DNA of 64,000 nucleotides, from assembly GCA_014905635.1 (NCBI GenBank), contig JABVCE010000002.1:682001-746000 (forward strand). The letters run 5' to 3'. A program made the position numbers and the translations under genes. The notes beneath the pieces were generated by a model. The model did not search any database and was not told the DNA's origin. It saw nothing but the letters and a program-made list of their open reading frames with translations. Below, piece after piece: positions 1-10,620 of this stretch. The stretch's first letter is position 1, and each line of letters begins with the position of its first letter. The DNA comes from Scenedesmus sp. PABB004 (Eukaryota).

Positions 1-1184
1 CGCCGGCGCAGGCCGACCCGGTGCTGGCCTCGAGCTACGTCGACTACGGCGGCGCCGACGAGGGCGGCGCCTACACGAGCGGCGGGCCCGGCGGCGGCGA
101 GCCCGCGGCGGAGAGCGCGCTGCCGGCGTACGACTTCCTGGAGGCGCTCGACTACGACGCGTACGCGACGCAGGCCGCGGCGCCGCCGCACGCGCGGCTC
201 GCGGGCGCCGGCGCCGGCAGCGCGGGCGCCGGCGGCGCCGGGTTCATGGTGGCGCGCCCGGCGGCGGCGGTCGCGGTGCCGCCGGAGCAGCAGGCGGTGC
301 AGCCGCCGCCGGCGGCCGCGGCGCCGCAGCAGCTGGCGCAGCAGGCGCCGCAGCAGTCGCGGCAGGCTCTGCCATCGCAGCCGCCGCCGTACCTGCCGTC
401 ACAGGCGCCGCAGCAGCTGGCGCAGCAGGCGCCGCAGCAGTCGCGGCAGGCTCTGCCATCGCAGCCGCCGCCGTACCTGCCGTCACAGGCGCCGCAGCAG
501 CTGGCGCAGCAGGCGCCGCAGCAGTCGCGGCAGGCTCTGCCATCGCAGCCGCCGCCGTACCTGCCGTCACAGGCGCCGCAGCAGCTGGCGCAGCAGGCGC
601 CGCAGCAGTCGCGGCAGGCTCTGCCATCGCAGCCGCCGCCGTACCTGCCGTCACAGGCGCCGCAGCAGCTGGCGCAGCAGGCGTGGCAGCTGCCGCCATA
701 CCTGCCAGCGCAGGCGCCGCAGCAGGCGCCGCAGCAGCTGCCGCAGCAGGTGCTGCAGCGGTTGCCGCAGCAGGCGTCACCGCAGGCGTGGCAGGCGGCG
801 GCGGCCGCGCTGCCGCCGCAGCTGCCAGCGCAGGCGGTGCAGCCGGCCGCCCAACAGCCGCCGGCGCAGCTGCTGCAGCAGGCGTCGCAGCTGCCGCAGC
901 AGGCGGCGCCGCAGCCAGAGGCAGACGCGGTGTGGAGCACGGCGTCGCAGTACAGCGACACCGCGCGCGCGCGGCTCGCCGCCGCGGTGCCGCTGGCCGA
1001 CGTGACGGTGGCGCCGCCGGCGGCGGCGCCGGCGCAGCTGCCTGCGCCCTCCGCGGCGTCGGCGGCGCGGCGCGCGTGCGAGGGCGGCGAGCAGGTGTGG
1101 GTGAGCGGCACCAAGTTCAAGTGCCGCTACGCGGCACAGCGCGGCCCGCCGGTGCGGACCTACGCCAACGGCATCGCCGTGTGA
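1..1184 (+). CDS. 3' part of a Gln/Pro/Ala-rich repeat protein; gene starts upstream of the window
   Basis: Open frame to TGA at 1182-1184 with coding-like content ([10 protein letters not shown]..., [12 protein letters not shown]). It contains an internal 28-aa repeat and a unique C-terminus [18 protein letters not shown]...NGIAV. No convincing ATG start in the window. Confidence 0.6.
   Translation, partial: PAQADPVLASSYVDYGGADEGGAYTSGGPGGGEPAAESALPAYDFLEALDYDAYATQAAAPPHARLAGAGAGSAGAGGAGFMVARPAAAVAVPPEQQAVQPPPAAAAPQQLAQQAPQQSRQALPSQPPPYLPSQAPQQLAQQAPQQSRQALPSQPPPYLPSQAPQQLAQQAPQQSRQALPSQPPPYLPSQAPQQLAQQAPQQSRQALPSQPPPYLPSQAPQQLAQQAWQLPPYLPAQAPQQAPQQLPQQVLQRLPQQASPQAWQAAAAALPPQLPAQAVQPAAQQPPAQLLQQASQLPQQAAPQPEADAVWSTASQYSDTARARLAAAVPLADVTVAPPAAAPAQLPAPSAASAARRACEGGEQVWVSGTKFKCRYAAQRGPPVRTYANGIAV
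321..682 (+). repeat. 84-bp coding tandem repeat, 4 full copies plus a partial ([28 protein letters not shown])
   Basis: Near-identical units start at 321, 405, 489, 573 and 657 (partial). Confidence 0.95.
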
Positions 1185-1323
1185 CGCGCCGCGCGGGGTC
1201 AGGCGAGGGCTGCCGCCGGCGCGTCCTTGCGGCGGGAGGGGCCCGGCGTCATGCGTGGCGGCCGTGCGCGGGGGACTCCCGAGGCCCCGAGTAACAGTCA
1301 CACGCGCGCCGGCCGACCGCAGC

Positions 1324-3504
1324 TCACGCCGCCGGCGCGGCCGCCGTGGCGCCGGGCAGCACCGGCGCCGCCGCGGGCGGCGCCAGGCCAAAGTGCCGCG
1401 CCTCCTCTTCCGCGCTCAGCGGGATGTGCCACCAGGGCTCCGCGCCGCGGCAGGGCTCGCTCGACTCGGCGTCCAGGCGCGCGTTGAGCGCGTCAAACGC
1501 GCGCTTCGCGCTCGCGTGCCGCGCGATCGCGTCGCGCGCGGCGTCGTCGTACGCGTGCGTGTGCCGCGCGGCCGCCGCGACGCACATGCGGCACCAGGGA
1601 CTCACGTCCGACACCGCCATGAGGCCGGCAAAGGCCTGCGACGGCCCCGCCTCCTTCCAGGCCAGGTACTCCCTGCGCGCGGCGGTGGGCGCGGCCACGG
1701 CCGGCGGCGGTCGGCGCCCGCGGCGGTCGGGCGCCCCGCCCGGCGCCGCGCCGCGCTGCCCGCCGCGCGCCCCTGCGGGCGCCCGCTCGCGCGCCGGCTG
1801 CTGCCGCCGCACGTGTAGGCGGTGGCGTTGCGGTCCAGGTAGAGCAGGTACTCGACCAGGTCGGCGGGGGAGTCAAAGTCGCACGCGCGGATGACCGAGC
1901 GCGGCGCGGGCGCAAACTTGAGCACGTTGGGCGCGCCTGGCGGCGGCCGGTGGGCGCGGCGCGCGCGGCGCGCGCTGAGCGGGCCGGGGCGCACGGGAGC
2001 GCGGCGCGGGGGGGGGGGGGGAGGAGGGGGGCACGCCGCGCGCCGCGGCCGCCGGCGGCCCACCGAGCACCACCGGCACCGTGCCGGCGTCGAGCGCGCG
2101 GAAGAAGGTCGAGGACACCCTGCGCCGCGGCGGGCGGCGGGCGCGGCGGGCGCGCTGGCCTGCCCGCCCGCCCCGGCGTGGCGGCGCGTGCGCCGGCGCG
2201 CGCGGCGCGCGCGGCTGACCAGTCGGGGTCGTCAAAGACGTTTTCAAAGACGAGGTAGAACTTGTACTGCGCCATGAGGGCGGTCGGGTCGCTGCTGTTG
2301 AGCCCGCCGGGCGCGTCGACGTTGTGCAGGCACGCGCCCGGCGCGTCGACCGGCAGCCCGGCGGCCATGAGCCCCGCCACGAGCGCCTCGCGCGACGAGA
2401 GCGCGTCGCAGTTGTTGTGCATCCACAGCGCGAGCCCGGCCTTGGCGTACATGTCGGGCCGGCGCGCGGCAAAGCCGGCGTACTGCCCCGAGTTGAGGTA
2501 CGGCACCGGCACGTGGTCCAGCACGCCGCCGGGCGCCGCCGGCGGCGGCGGCCCGACCCAGCGCAGCTTGTAGGTCGCCTGGAGGTCGACGCGGCGCAGC
2601 AGCGGCGACCCCGCGGCCTGCACCGAGTTTGACTCCTCGCTCTCCATCGAGTGCAGCGCCCAGAGCTGGCCGGCCGGCTTGGGCGTCGCCCGCAGCGCGT
2701 CCCACGCGGCGCGGCTGATGCCGGGCGCGTGGAAGACCAGCACGTCGGCGCGCGCGCCCAGCGCGGCCACGTCCGACGTCAGCACGCACGGCACGGCGCA
2801 GTCGAGCCTGCCGCACGGGCGCGGGCGCGGGCGCGGCGGCGTGTGCGCGCGCGCGGGCGTGTGCGGGCGCGCGCCGGGCGCTGCACGCGTGCGCGCGCGC
2901 GCCAGGCGCACCCGCGCGTGGGGAAGCGCTCGCCGAAAAAACTGCCGTTGTAGGCGACGACCATGATGGGCCGCGACCCGGGCGCGTACGGCGGCCGTCG
3001 TGCGAGCTCCGCCGCGCCGGGCGGCGCCGACGGGGCGCCGCCGTGGCGCGGCCACGCCACGGCGGGGTAGGCCTCGGCGCCGCGGCGCGCCAGCGCCGGC
3101 TGCGCGTGCGCGGCGGCGTACCAGGTGGCCGGCCGCGCCGGCACCGACGGCACCAACTGCCGCTGCCGGTGCTGGCGTGGCTGCTCCTGCTGTGGCGGCT
3201 GCTGCTGGTGTGGTGGCTGCTGCGCCTGCTGCGCCGGCGCCTGGCGGCGGCCGCCGCCGCCCTCAAACAGCGTGAGCGCCGGCTCGAGCTCCGCGCCGCC
3301 GCCCGGCAGCGACGAAAGCAGCGCTGGGTCGTCCGCCTCCCTACCCACGAGGACCATGGTCGCGAGCCAGAGAAATCCCAGCACCCCCAAGCCGGCGAGC
3401 TCCCAGCTCCCGGCCGCGGCAGCGCTGCCCGGCCGGCGCTTGGGCCTGCGCGGCGGCGGTGGCCCGCCGGATCGCGGGCGTGCGGCTGCTGCAGCGTGAT
3501 GCAT
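1324..3504 (-). CDS. GT10-family (alpha-1,3/4-fucosyltransferase-like) type II membrane glycosyltransferase, about 5 exons
   Basis: ATG at 3504 and N-terminal TM segment LAGLGVLGFLWLATMVLV. Spliced motifs ADVLVFH, WALHSMES, YKFYLVFEN-x4-DW|VSSTFFRALDAGTVPVVLG|APNVLKFAP-x3-SVI-x3-DFDSPADLVEYLLYLDRNATAY|TEYLAWK...CRMC are typical of GT10. Confidence 0.85.
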
Positions 3505-4168
3505 GGAGGGCGCTCGACGGCCGCCCGCCCGCCCGCTCGGCGCAGCAGCAGGGCGCACGACGACGGCGACGGCAGTACACAACCGCTGCACGGCGTCGGC
3601 TGTGCTGCGTGCAGCTCCGCTCGGTGCCGGCCGGCAAGCAGGGCTCGCGTATGATCCGCACTGAGCCGGGCCTGAGCGCTGCGCGCGTGGCGGCGGCTCA
3701 CTGCACCGCGCTGCGGCGTCACTGGCGGCGGCGCCGCTGTCGCCCCGCCGTCGTACGCCGCGCCGCTGGCCTGTTCACGCCGTTGTTCGGCTTCCCGCCC
3801 ACGACTGCACATGCCGGAACGATCTGCGCCGTGCGACGATGGCCTAGGTGTCACGGAGGTGACACACGCGACGGACCCCCGCTGCTGCCGTGCCGGGCGG
3901 TCCGTCGATCCCGCCACTCCGGCCAATCAAAGCGCGGTGCAGTAGCGCCACGTCACAGCGTGCCTGCCAGCCTCGCCCGCGGCCAACGCCGCCGGCCCGG
4001 CCTATCGAAGTTTCCGAGATGGCCTGCTGGCGCCTAGCGGTGTCGTAGCTTCGTGTGCGGGCATGTCGTGACTCGTGGTAGCGTTTCCAGATCGTGGGTC
4101 GCGCGCTGGGGACGTGGGCCTGCGCGGGCGGCAGCGGGGCGGCTGCGCATCTCCTGTCGTGCCGACAG

Positions 4169-5488
4169 ATGGCCGAGCGCCAGGCGCCCGGCCCGCAGCG
4201 GGTGAGTGCGTGTGGTGTGGGAGCGCGCACGACGGCGGCCAGCTCGGTGCCGTGCGCCGCCGTCGCGCCGCCAGGGCCAGCCGCCGCGCGCCGCCCGCCG
4301 TGCAGGCGCCGCGCGCGCCCGGCGGCGCGACGCAGTCTGGCGGCGCGGGGCCGGAGCCGGGCGAGCTGCTGGCGTCGCTGCTGGGCGTGATGCGGCACGG
4401 CGCGGACGCGCGGCGGCACGCGGGCGCGACGAGCGGCTACGGCTGCGGCTCGGAGTGCGAGGGCGACGCGGACGACGGCGCCGCGCCGTCGCCGGGCGCG
4501 GGCGGCCTCGCCGCGCGGCCGCCGCCCGCCTCGCCCGGGCCCGCGGGCGCGGTGGGCGGCGCCTCGCCGCCGGGCGCCGCGGCGAGCCCGGCGCGGGCGG
4601 CGCCGCCGCAGCGCGCGCGCCGGCGCAGCGGCGCGGCGCTGGCGGCCCTGGCCGAGGTCAGCGAGGAGCGGCTGGCCAGGGCGGAGAAGCGGGCGCTCAA
4701 GAACCGGGAGAGCGCCGCGCGCAGCCGGCAGCGCCGCCAGCAGCACACGGAGGCGCTCGAGGGCGACAACGCGGCGCTGCGCGCCAAGGTGCTCGGCCTG
4801 CGCGCGCAGGTGGGCGTGTGTGCCGCGCCGCGCCGCCCGCCCGCCCCTCGCGCCGCGCCACCCCACCACACCGCGCCGCGCCGCGCCGCTCCTCACCGCC
4901 GCTCGGTCGCTTGGCCCGCAGGTCACGCTGCTGCAGGCGCGCGTTGCGGAGCTGGAGCGCAGGCTGCAGGAGGTGCAGGCGGGGCCCGGCATCGACCCGC
5001 CGCGTCCGCCAAGCCTGTCGCTGCCGCCCGTGACCGGGCTGTCGCTGCCGCCGCTGCCACAGCTGCCTTGCGCGGACGCGCTGGGAGCGGCGGCGGCGCC
5101 AGCGCCTGCCGAGCAGACCGCCCGCAGCGCGGCGCAGCCCCTCCGCAGCGACGATGGCGCGTGCCCGCACGCGGCGCCCTCATCGCCGGCGCCGCAGCCG
5201 GGCGGGCCCGACCTAGCCGCGCTGTCGCACCTGCTCGCCCTGGCGCTGGCGGCAGCCCGGCCGCCGCCGCAGGCGGGTGGCAAGCAGGCGGCGACGGGGA
5301 CGGGGCTCCCCGCCATGCTGGCCGCGCTGCAGCACCTGGATGACGGCGCCGCCCGCGGTGCGCCCGCGGCCCCGCGGCGCGAGGCCGGCGGAGCGGCGCC
5401 TGCGGCGGCCAGCGCTGCAGGTGCCACAGCTGCCGCAGGCGCCGTCGGACTGCTTGCGGAGCGTCCCACGAAGCGCGCGTGCCCCTGA
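4169..5488 (+). CDS. bZIP transcription factor (exons 4169-4201, 4306-4809, 4922-5488)
   Basis: Basic region KRALKNRESAARSRQRRQQH followed by the leucine heptad LEGDNAALRAKVLGLRAQ|VTLLQARVAELERRL. GT-AG introns keep the frame. Confidence 0.88.
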
Positions 5489-6070
5489 GGCGGCGCGCGC
5501 CGAGGACGTTGGTGGGCGGGGGCGGCGCTGCGGACGCGCTGCAGGGGTGCAGGCTCAACGCACGAGCCGGCAGCACGACACGCACAGTTTGACCCAGTTT
5601 TGGCCGGGCTTGGGGGTGTTGTTGCCAGCTGCTGAACCGGCCCGCGGCGCACCGACACACACGTCGCCGGCCTGCACTCAGGCAACTTTTTTTGGCGCAC
5701 AGCAGCAGCGCCGCTCGGCGGCGCGTGCACTCTCGTTTTGTTTTGGGTATGCACACACTGCGCTGACACTGCGCTTCGGTGCCGGCCGCCATGGCTCCCA
5801 GGCGTGCGCGGACCGGCTTTGCTAGACTGACCGCGGATCGATGCGCGCGCGAAAGGGTATGGGTGTGCCGCAGCGGTTACAGGGCCTCAGCGACGCGGTG
5901 AGCAAGGGGACACACACAGCGCTTGGCCGCGAGCCCGCGTTGCGCCGCCAGGTCAGCTGCCCGCCGCCGCCTCGTGAGCCGCCGCCGCCGCGCGCATGCA
6001 GCGCCGCTGGCCTGGCCGCCCCGCCACTCGACTCCCCGCCCCGCCCCCGAGCTCTGGAGGAGCAGCGACG

Positions 6071-6672
6071 ATGCAGGCCCTGCGCCCGACCAGGCTCGCC
6101 ACCCGCCCGCAGCGGGGAGCGCGCCGCGGGGTGGTGCTGGTGCGCGCGGGCGGCAGTTTCAGCGAGAGCCTCAATGCGGGCGCGCTGGGCGAGCTGCAGC
6201 GGCGCCTGGCGGCCCTGCGGCGCCAGGAGGCCGCGGAGGCAGCTCGGCGCGCCCGGCCGGCGCTGCCCTTCAACGTGAAGATGGCCGACGAGGCCGAGGC
6301 TGGTGAGTCGACCGAGCCGTTCGGCTGGGCAATTGGCGCGCCCGCGGCTCAGCGCGTTCGGCTGGGCAATTGGCGCGGGCCCGGCAGCATGGCCAGCGCG
6401 CCACCTCGCTCGACGCGGGCCCAGCAGCGCCAGCACCGGGCGCCGGGCAGCGCCCCTGCCTGCGGCGCGGTTGGGGTGGCCAATTGGCCGGCGCCCGGGG
6501 CCCAGCGCGCCGGGCCACCTGGCGGGCGCCGCTGCCAGCTCGCGCCGCCGCCCGAGCTGCCGCGCCGCGCGCGCCGCGCGCCGCAGACCACCGGCTCATC
6601 ACCAGCTGGCACGAGAACGCCTGGTCGCTGCTGCGGGAGGAGCAGCCGCGGCGCACGGACGCGCTGCAGTGA
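6071..6672 (+). CDS. small (~105 aa) putative plastid-targeted protein of unknown function (exons 6071-6302, 6587-6672)
   Basis: MQALRPTRLATRPQRGARRGVVLVRA resembles a chlorophyte transit peptide with a VRA cleavage-type motif. A GTGAGT...CCGCAG intron joins in frame to DHRLITSWHENAWSLLREEQPRRTDALQ*. Confidence 0.6.
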
Positions 6673-7633
6673 GAGGCTGGGCAGCGCGATGTCAGCCCTG
6701 GACCAGCTGCCGCGCGCTGTGCGCAGCGCCGGCGACGGCGGCGGCCCTCCTCCCGGGGCACACTAGGCGCCGGCGGCGGCAGCGCGCACGCCATTGTTTT
6801 GGCGCGCGGGCCCACAGGCAGATAGCCTGAGTGATGCGGTTGTGGCGGGTCAGCCGCACAGCACCGTACCGCCCCATTTTTTGGCCAGGGGCGTCCCCAC
6901 GGACGCAGGCGTGGTGCTGCTAATTGCTGGGGAGGCGGGCCTGTGTCTCTCTTCTATGTGGAGAGCGACGGCGCCGGCTCGGCAGGGGAGCCCAGCGCGC
7001 CCGTGCGAGGGAGGGGGCGGGGTGTGCTGCAGGCTTATCGAGCTTATCGCTCTGCGTCGCGCGCTGCGCTGTGCAGCGGCGCCGCGGGGCGGCGCGCTCG
7101 GCGCCCGGCGGCGCGCGCGTAGAGGTGCGTGCCGCGCTTGCGGACGGGCAGGACTGACCGGCTCATCTGGTCGCGCGCGTGTGTACAGTATGGTTTTCTT
7201 GCCGCGGGAAGCGCCCGCTTCCGCGGCGGGCGTGTGTGTCATAGGGAGGGAGGGAGCGAGCACCTGGGCGCGCGCGCCTACCGCGCGTGCCTGTACCATG
7301 ACCAACTGGCGAGCGAGCGGCATTCTTCTTCTCTGATAAAGGCGAGCGAGCGGCGCGGCGACGGAGAGGAAGCGAGCCAGGGGCGGGCCTTGCAACCGAC
7401 CGCCTCCCCAGCAATCGGCCGCCGCCCGCCGCAGCTCGCGCGCGCGTGCGCCGCAGAGGGCGGCGCGCGCCGCGCGGCGCCGCATCGGCAGCGCGCCGTC
7501 AAGTGCCACAGTCCTGGGGTTGAGTTCGTGGCGTCCGCCCCCCGCCGCCCCGCCGCCCCGCCGCCCCGCCGCCCCGGGCCCGCGCGCGCCGCGCCCGCCG
7601 CAGCGTCCGCGCGCGCGCGCGCGCGGGGCCGCG

Positions 7634-9196
7634 TCACCGCCGCCCCGCGTATCCGACGAGGCCGCCGCCGTTGGTGTTGTACTCCCAGCCGGGGTAGATG
7701 ACGTCGGGCTTGTAGGGGTCGATGATCGCGGGGTCGATGGGGCACAGCATCGCGCCCTTGGCGATGGCGGTGAAGATCCAGCTCGGCGCGTACTGCGCGC
7801 CCGGCCACGCAGGTGCGCGGCGCGCGCGCGGGCGGTCACGCGGGCGCGGCGCTCAGCGGCGCCCGGCGGCGGCCTGGCCGGCAAAGCGAGCGCGAGCATA
7901 TGCGCTGACCGCGCTGCGCCGCGCGGGCCGCCGCGCGCGCGCGCCCCACCTGGCAGTAGTAGCCGCAGTAGTAGCTGTCCGCCACGCACAGCCCCCACGG
8001 CGGGCCGAGCTGGTCGCACTGGCACCACTGGTAGCCGTTGTTCTGAAAGTTGTTGTACGGACACGGCAGCAGGCCCTCGGGGCTGCGGCGGCGCGGCGCG
8101 GCGCGGCGCGGCGTCGGCGTGGCGCGGCGCGGCGCGGCCGAGCTGCTGCCGCGCGGGGCGCGGGCGCCGCGCGCTGCTGCGCGGGCCGGCGCGGCGCGGG
8201 TCGGCGTACCAGAGGCACCAGTCGCCGTAGAGCCGGTTGTCGATGAGGCAGCCGTCGCCGCAGGTCATGATGGGCTTGAGCAGCACCGTGTTGCACACGC
8301 TGCCCGCGTCGCCGCCCCAGTAGGTCGCGGGCGCTGCCTCCATCGCGTCGACCACGTAGTTGGCCAGGTCGGTCTTGCCCAGCTGCGGGATGCCCTGCTT
8401 GGTGCCCTTGTCCATGCCAAAGGGGCCCGTGCAGCGCGTCGCGGCGCTGCGCGACCGCCCGGCGGCGCGGCGCGGTCAGCGCGGTCAGCGCGGCCGCCGC
8501 AGACGCTGCCGCCGCCGCCGCCGCGCGCTGCCGCCGCCGCCGCCCGTGCGCGTGCCAGCAACGCACCAGACTTGCTTGCCGTTGAAGTACGTCTGCAGGT
8601 ACGTGTTTGCAGGGCACTCAACCGCGTACGCGCCCACCAGCTGCCACGCCTGCCGGGGGATGCAGAAGCCTGCGGCGGGGGCCGGGCGGCGTGGCGCAGG
8701 GACCTCCCGCGGCCGGCGCCGCCGCCGCCGCTGCTGCTGGTGTCGCGCCCGCCGGCCTGCCCGGCGCTGCCGCCGGCGCCTCCAGCCGCGCCGCCGCGCC
8801 GCTCCAGGATGCATATGCTGCTGGCGCAGCTGCTGGCGCGCTGGGGCGCGCTGTCGGGCCCGGGCGGCGCCGCGGCGGCGCGGCGCGCACCCTTGGTGTG
8901 GAACTCCAGCGACGGCGTGTAGATGGTCTGCGGCTCCATGGTCACCACCGCCTCCATCTTCTCCGGTATGGGCATCTGGATGTCGGGCTTCCATATCTGG
9001 AAGCCCGCGTTGCCCACGCCGAAGCTGGGCTTGGTGATGCCCTGCCCCGCGCCCAGCCACGCCTGCGTCGCCAGCGGCGGCGCTCAGCGCCCGCGCGGGG
9101 TCGCGTGGGGGTCATGGGCGTACGTAGAGCCTCCCGCACCTGGTGCAGCGCCAGCAGCGCCACCAGCGCGGCGCGGCGCATGCTCCAGCAGTACAT
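7634..9196 (-). CDS. secreted cysteine-rich protein of unknown family, 6 exons, C-terminus ...LVGYAGRR*
   Basis: gccgccATG at 9196 and signal peptide MYCWSMRRAALVALLALHQ|AWLGAGQ. Five GT-AG introns give a continuous frame with about 16 Cys (e.g. CPEGLLPCPYNNFQNNGYQWCQCDQLGPPWGLCVADSYYCGYYCQ). Confidence 0.75.
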
Positions 9197-9696
9197 GGCG
9201 GCCTAGTGCGCCATCGGGGGCGCCGCGACGCGCGCGAGCGGGTCGCTGTTGCAGGTTCTGAGACGCTTGGGGCGGTCCGAGCTCGCTGTGCCAGCGACGT
9301 CGCGCCGCGTCTCGGCGCCGCGAGGGTGCACGCAGCGCTCGGCTGCGGGCGGCAGATGGCCAGTTCACGCTGCGCGTTAGAGCTCCCCAGAGCACGCTCC
9401 CAGCAAAAGCCAGCGGACGCGCAGCCGCACGCTCCGGCAGGGCAACGAGCGCGCGAGGCCGAGCCGGACCCCAGCTGCACTTCGCGCGGGAGCGGTCCGC
9501 CGTCGCGCCCCAGGGCTGGTGCGCAGCGCCGTGGGCGCGGCTCGGGGCCCCATACCACGCCAGAGGGGCGGCGAGCGCGCGGCGGCGCCCGGCAGCGCCG
9601 CACGCGCGCCTGCGGAGCACGGCGACAGGGCGAGCTGATCAGGGGCCCGCCCCGGCCGCAGGGAGGAGCCCTACGGCTGCTGGCAGGGCCAGCAGG

Positions 9697-10326
9697 ATGA
9701 AGGGAGCTGTGTGGGTGCTTGCGGCTCTGCTGGCCGGCTGCCTGGCCAGCGGTGAGCGGCGGCACGCGGCACGCGGCACGCAGCACGCGGCTCGCTGCGG
9801 GCGGCGGCGGCGGCGGCCCGCAGCAGCACCCCGCTCGCGCGCCGCCGCTCGGCCCAGCACCGCCGCCGCGCGTGCCGCAGGCGCCGCGGCGCGGCTGATC
9901 GCGTACGAGGACCTGCGCCCGCTGGAGGGGCTGGTCGACATCCAGGGCATGTGGAAGGCGCTGCGCCTGCCGGCGCTGCCGCCCACGTTTTGCCACGTCG
10001 GCCTGGTCGGCTGGCACTGCCACAACACGACCATGCACCCCTGGAACCCGGCCAGCATCTTTCCCAAGAACGAGACGCCCCCGATGCCGGCCGACGCGAG
10101 CTGCGTGATCTGCCCCGCCGGCTGGTCCGGCGCGCGGCGCACCGCGTTCGACCTCCTGCTCGACCTGCCCGTCGCGCAGCGCACGGGCAAGCTGCCGGCC
10201 GGCTTCTGGAACATGCAGCAGCTCGTCGACGCCACCAACTCGGCGGCCGCGGCGGCAGCGGCCGAGCAGGCGGGCGACGGCGCTGGCGCCGCGCCGGGCG
10301 GCGGCGGCGCGGCCGCGGGGGCGTGA
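9697..10326 (+). CDS. small secreted protein of unknown function (intron 9752-9880)
   Basis: Signal peptide MKGAVWVLAALLAGCLAS|GAAA and a 129-nt GTGAG...CAG intron. The mature part has 4 Cys and N-x-T sequons (NTT, NET). Confidence 0.75.
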   Translation: MKGAVWVLAALLAGCLASGERRHAARGTQHAARCGRRRRRPAAAPRSRAAARPSTAAARAAGAAARLIAYEDLRPLEGLVDIQGMWKALRLPALPPTFCHVGLVGWHCHNTTMHPWNPASIFPKNETPPMPADASCVICPAGWSGARRTAFDLLLDLPVAQRTGKLPAGFWNMQQLVDATNSAAAAAAAEQAGDGAGAAPGGGGAAAGA

Positions 10327-10620
10327 GCGGGCTGCGAGCGCAAGGCGGTGTGCATTGATTGTTCGCAGTTGATTGTTCGCATAGGACGTGCCTCCCTCTG
10401 CGCCACACGCCTCCGCACCACTGCTCCCCCTCATCGTCTGCCGCGCGCGCCGCTCGGGGCGCAGCGGCGGCGAACCCGTCGTCGTAGTCGTCGTGGCGCG
10501 TGCGCCCGCGATAAGCCACTGCCCGGCTGGGGCCTGGTAGCCACACTCCATACCGCCGATCACCCGCCGTCGCCGCAGCCCTCGCCCTGCCACAAGGGCA
10601 GCTCCTGGGCGCAGACAGGG

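Noticed and set aside
6860..7300. Three GTAC cores (possible copper-response elements)
   Set aside because: They lie between two convergent 3' ends rather than in a promoter, and a 4-mer is too weak as evidence.
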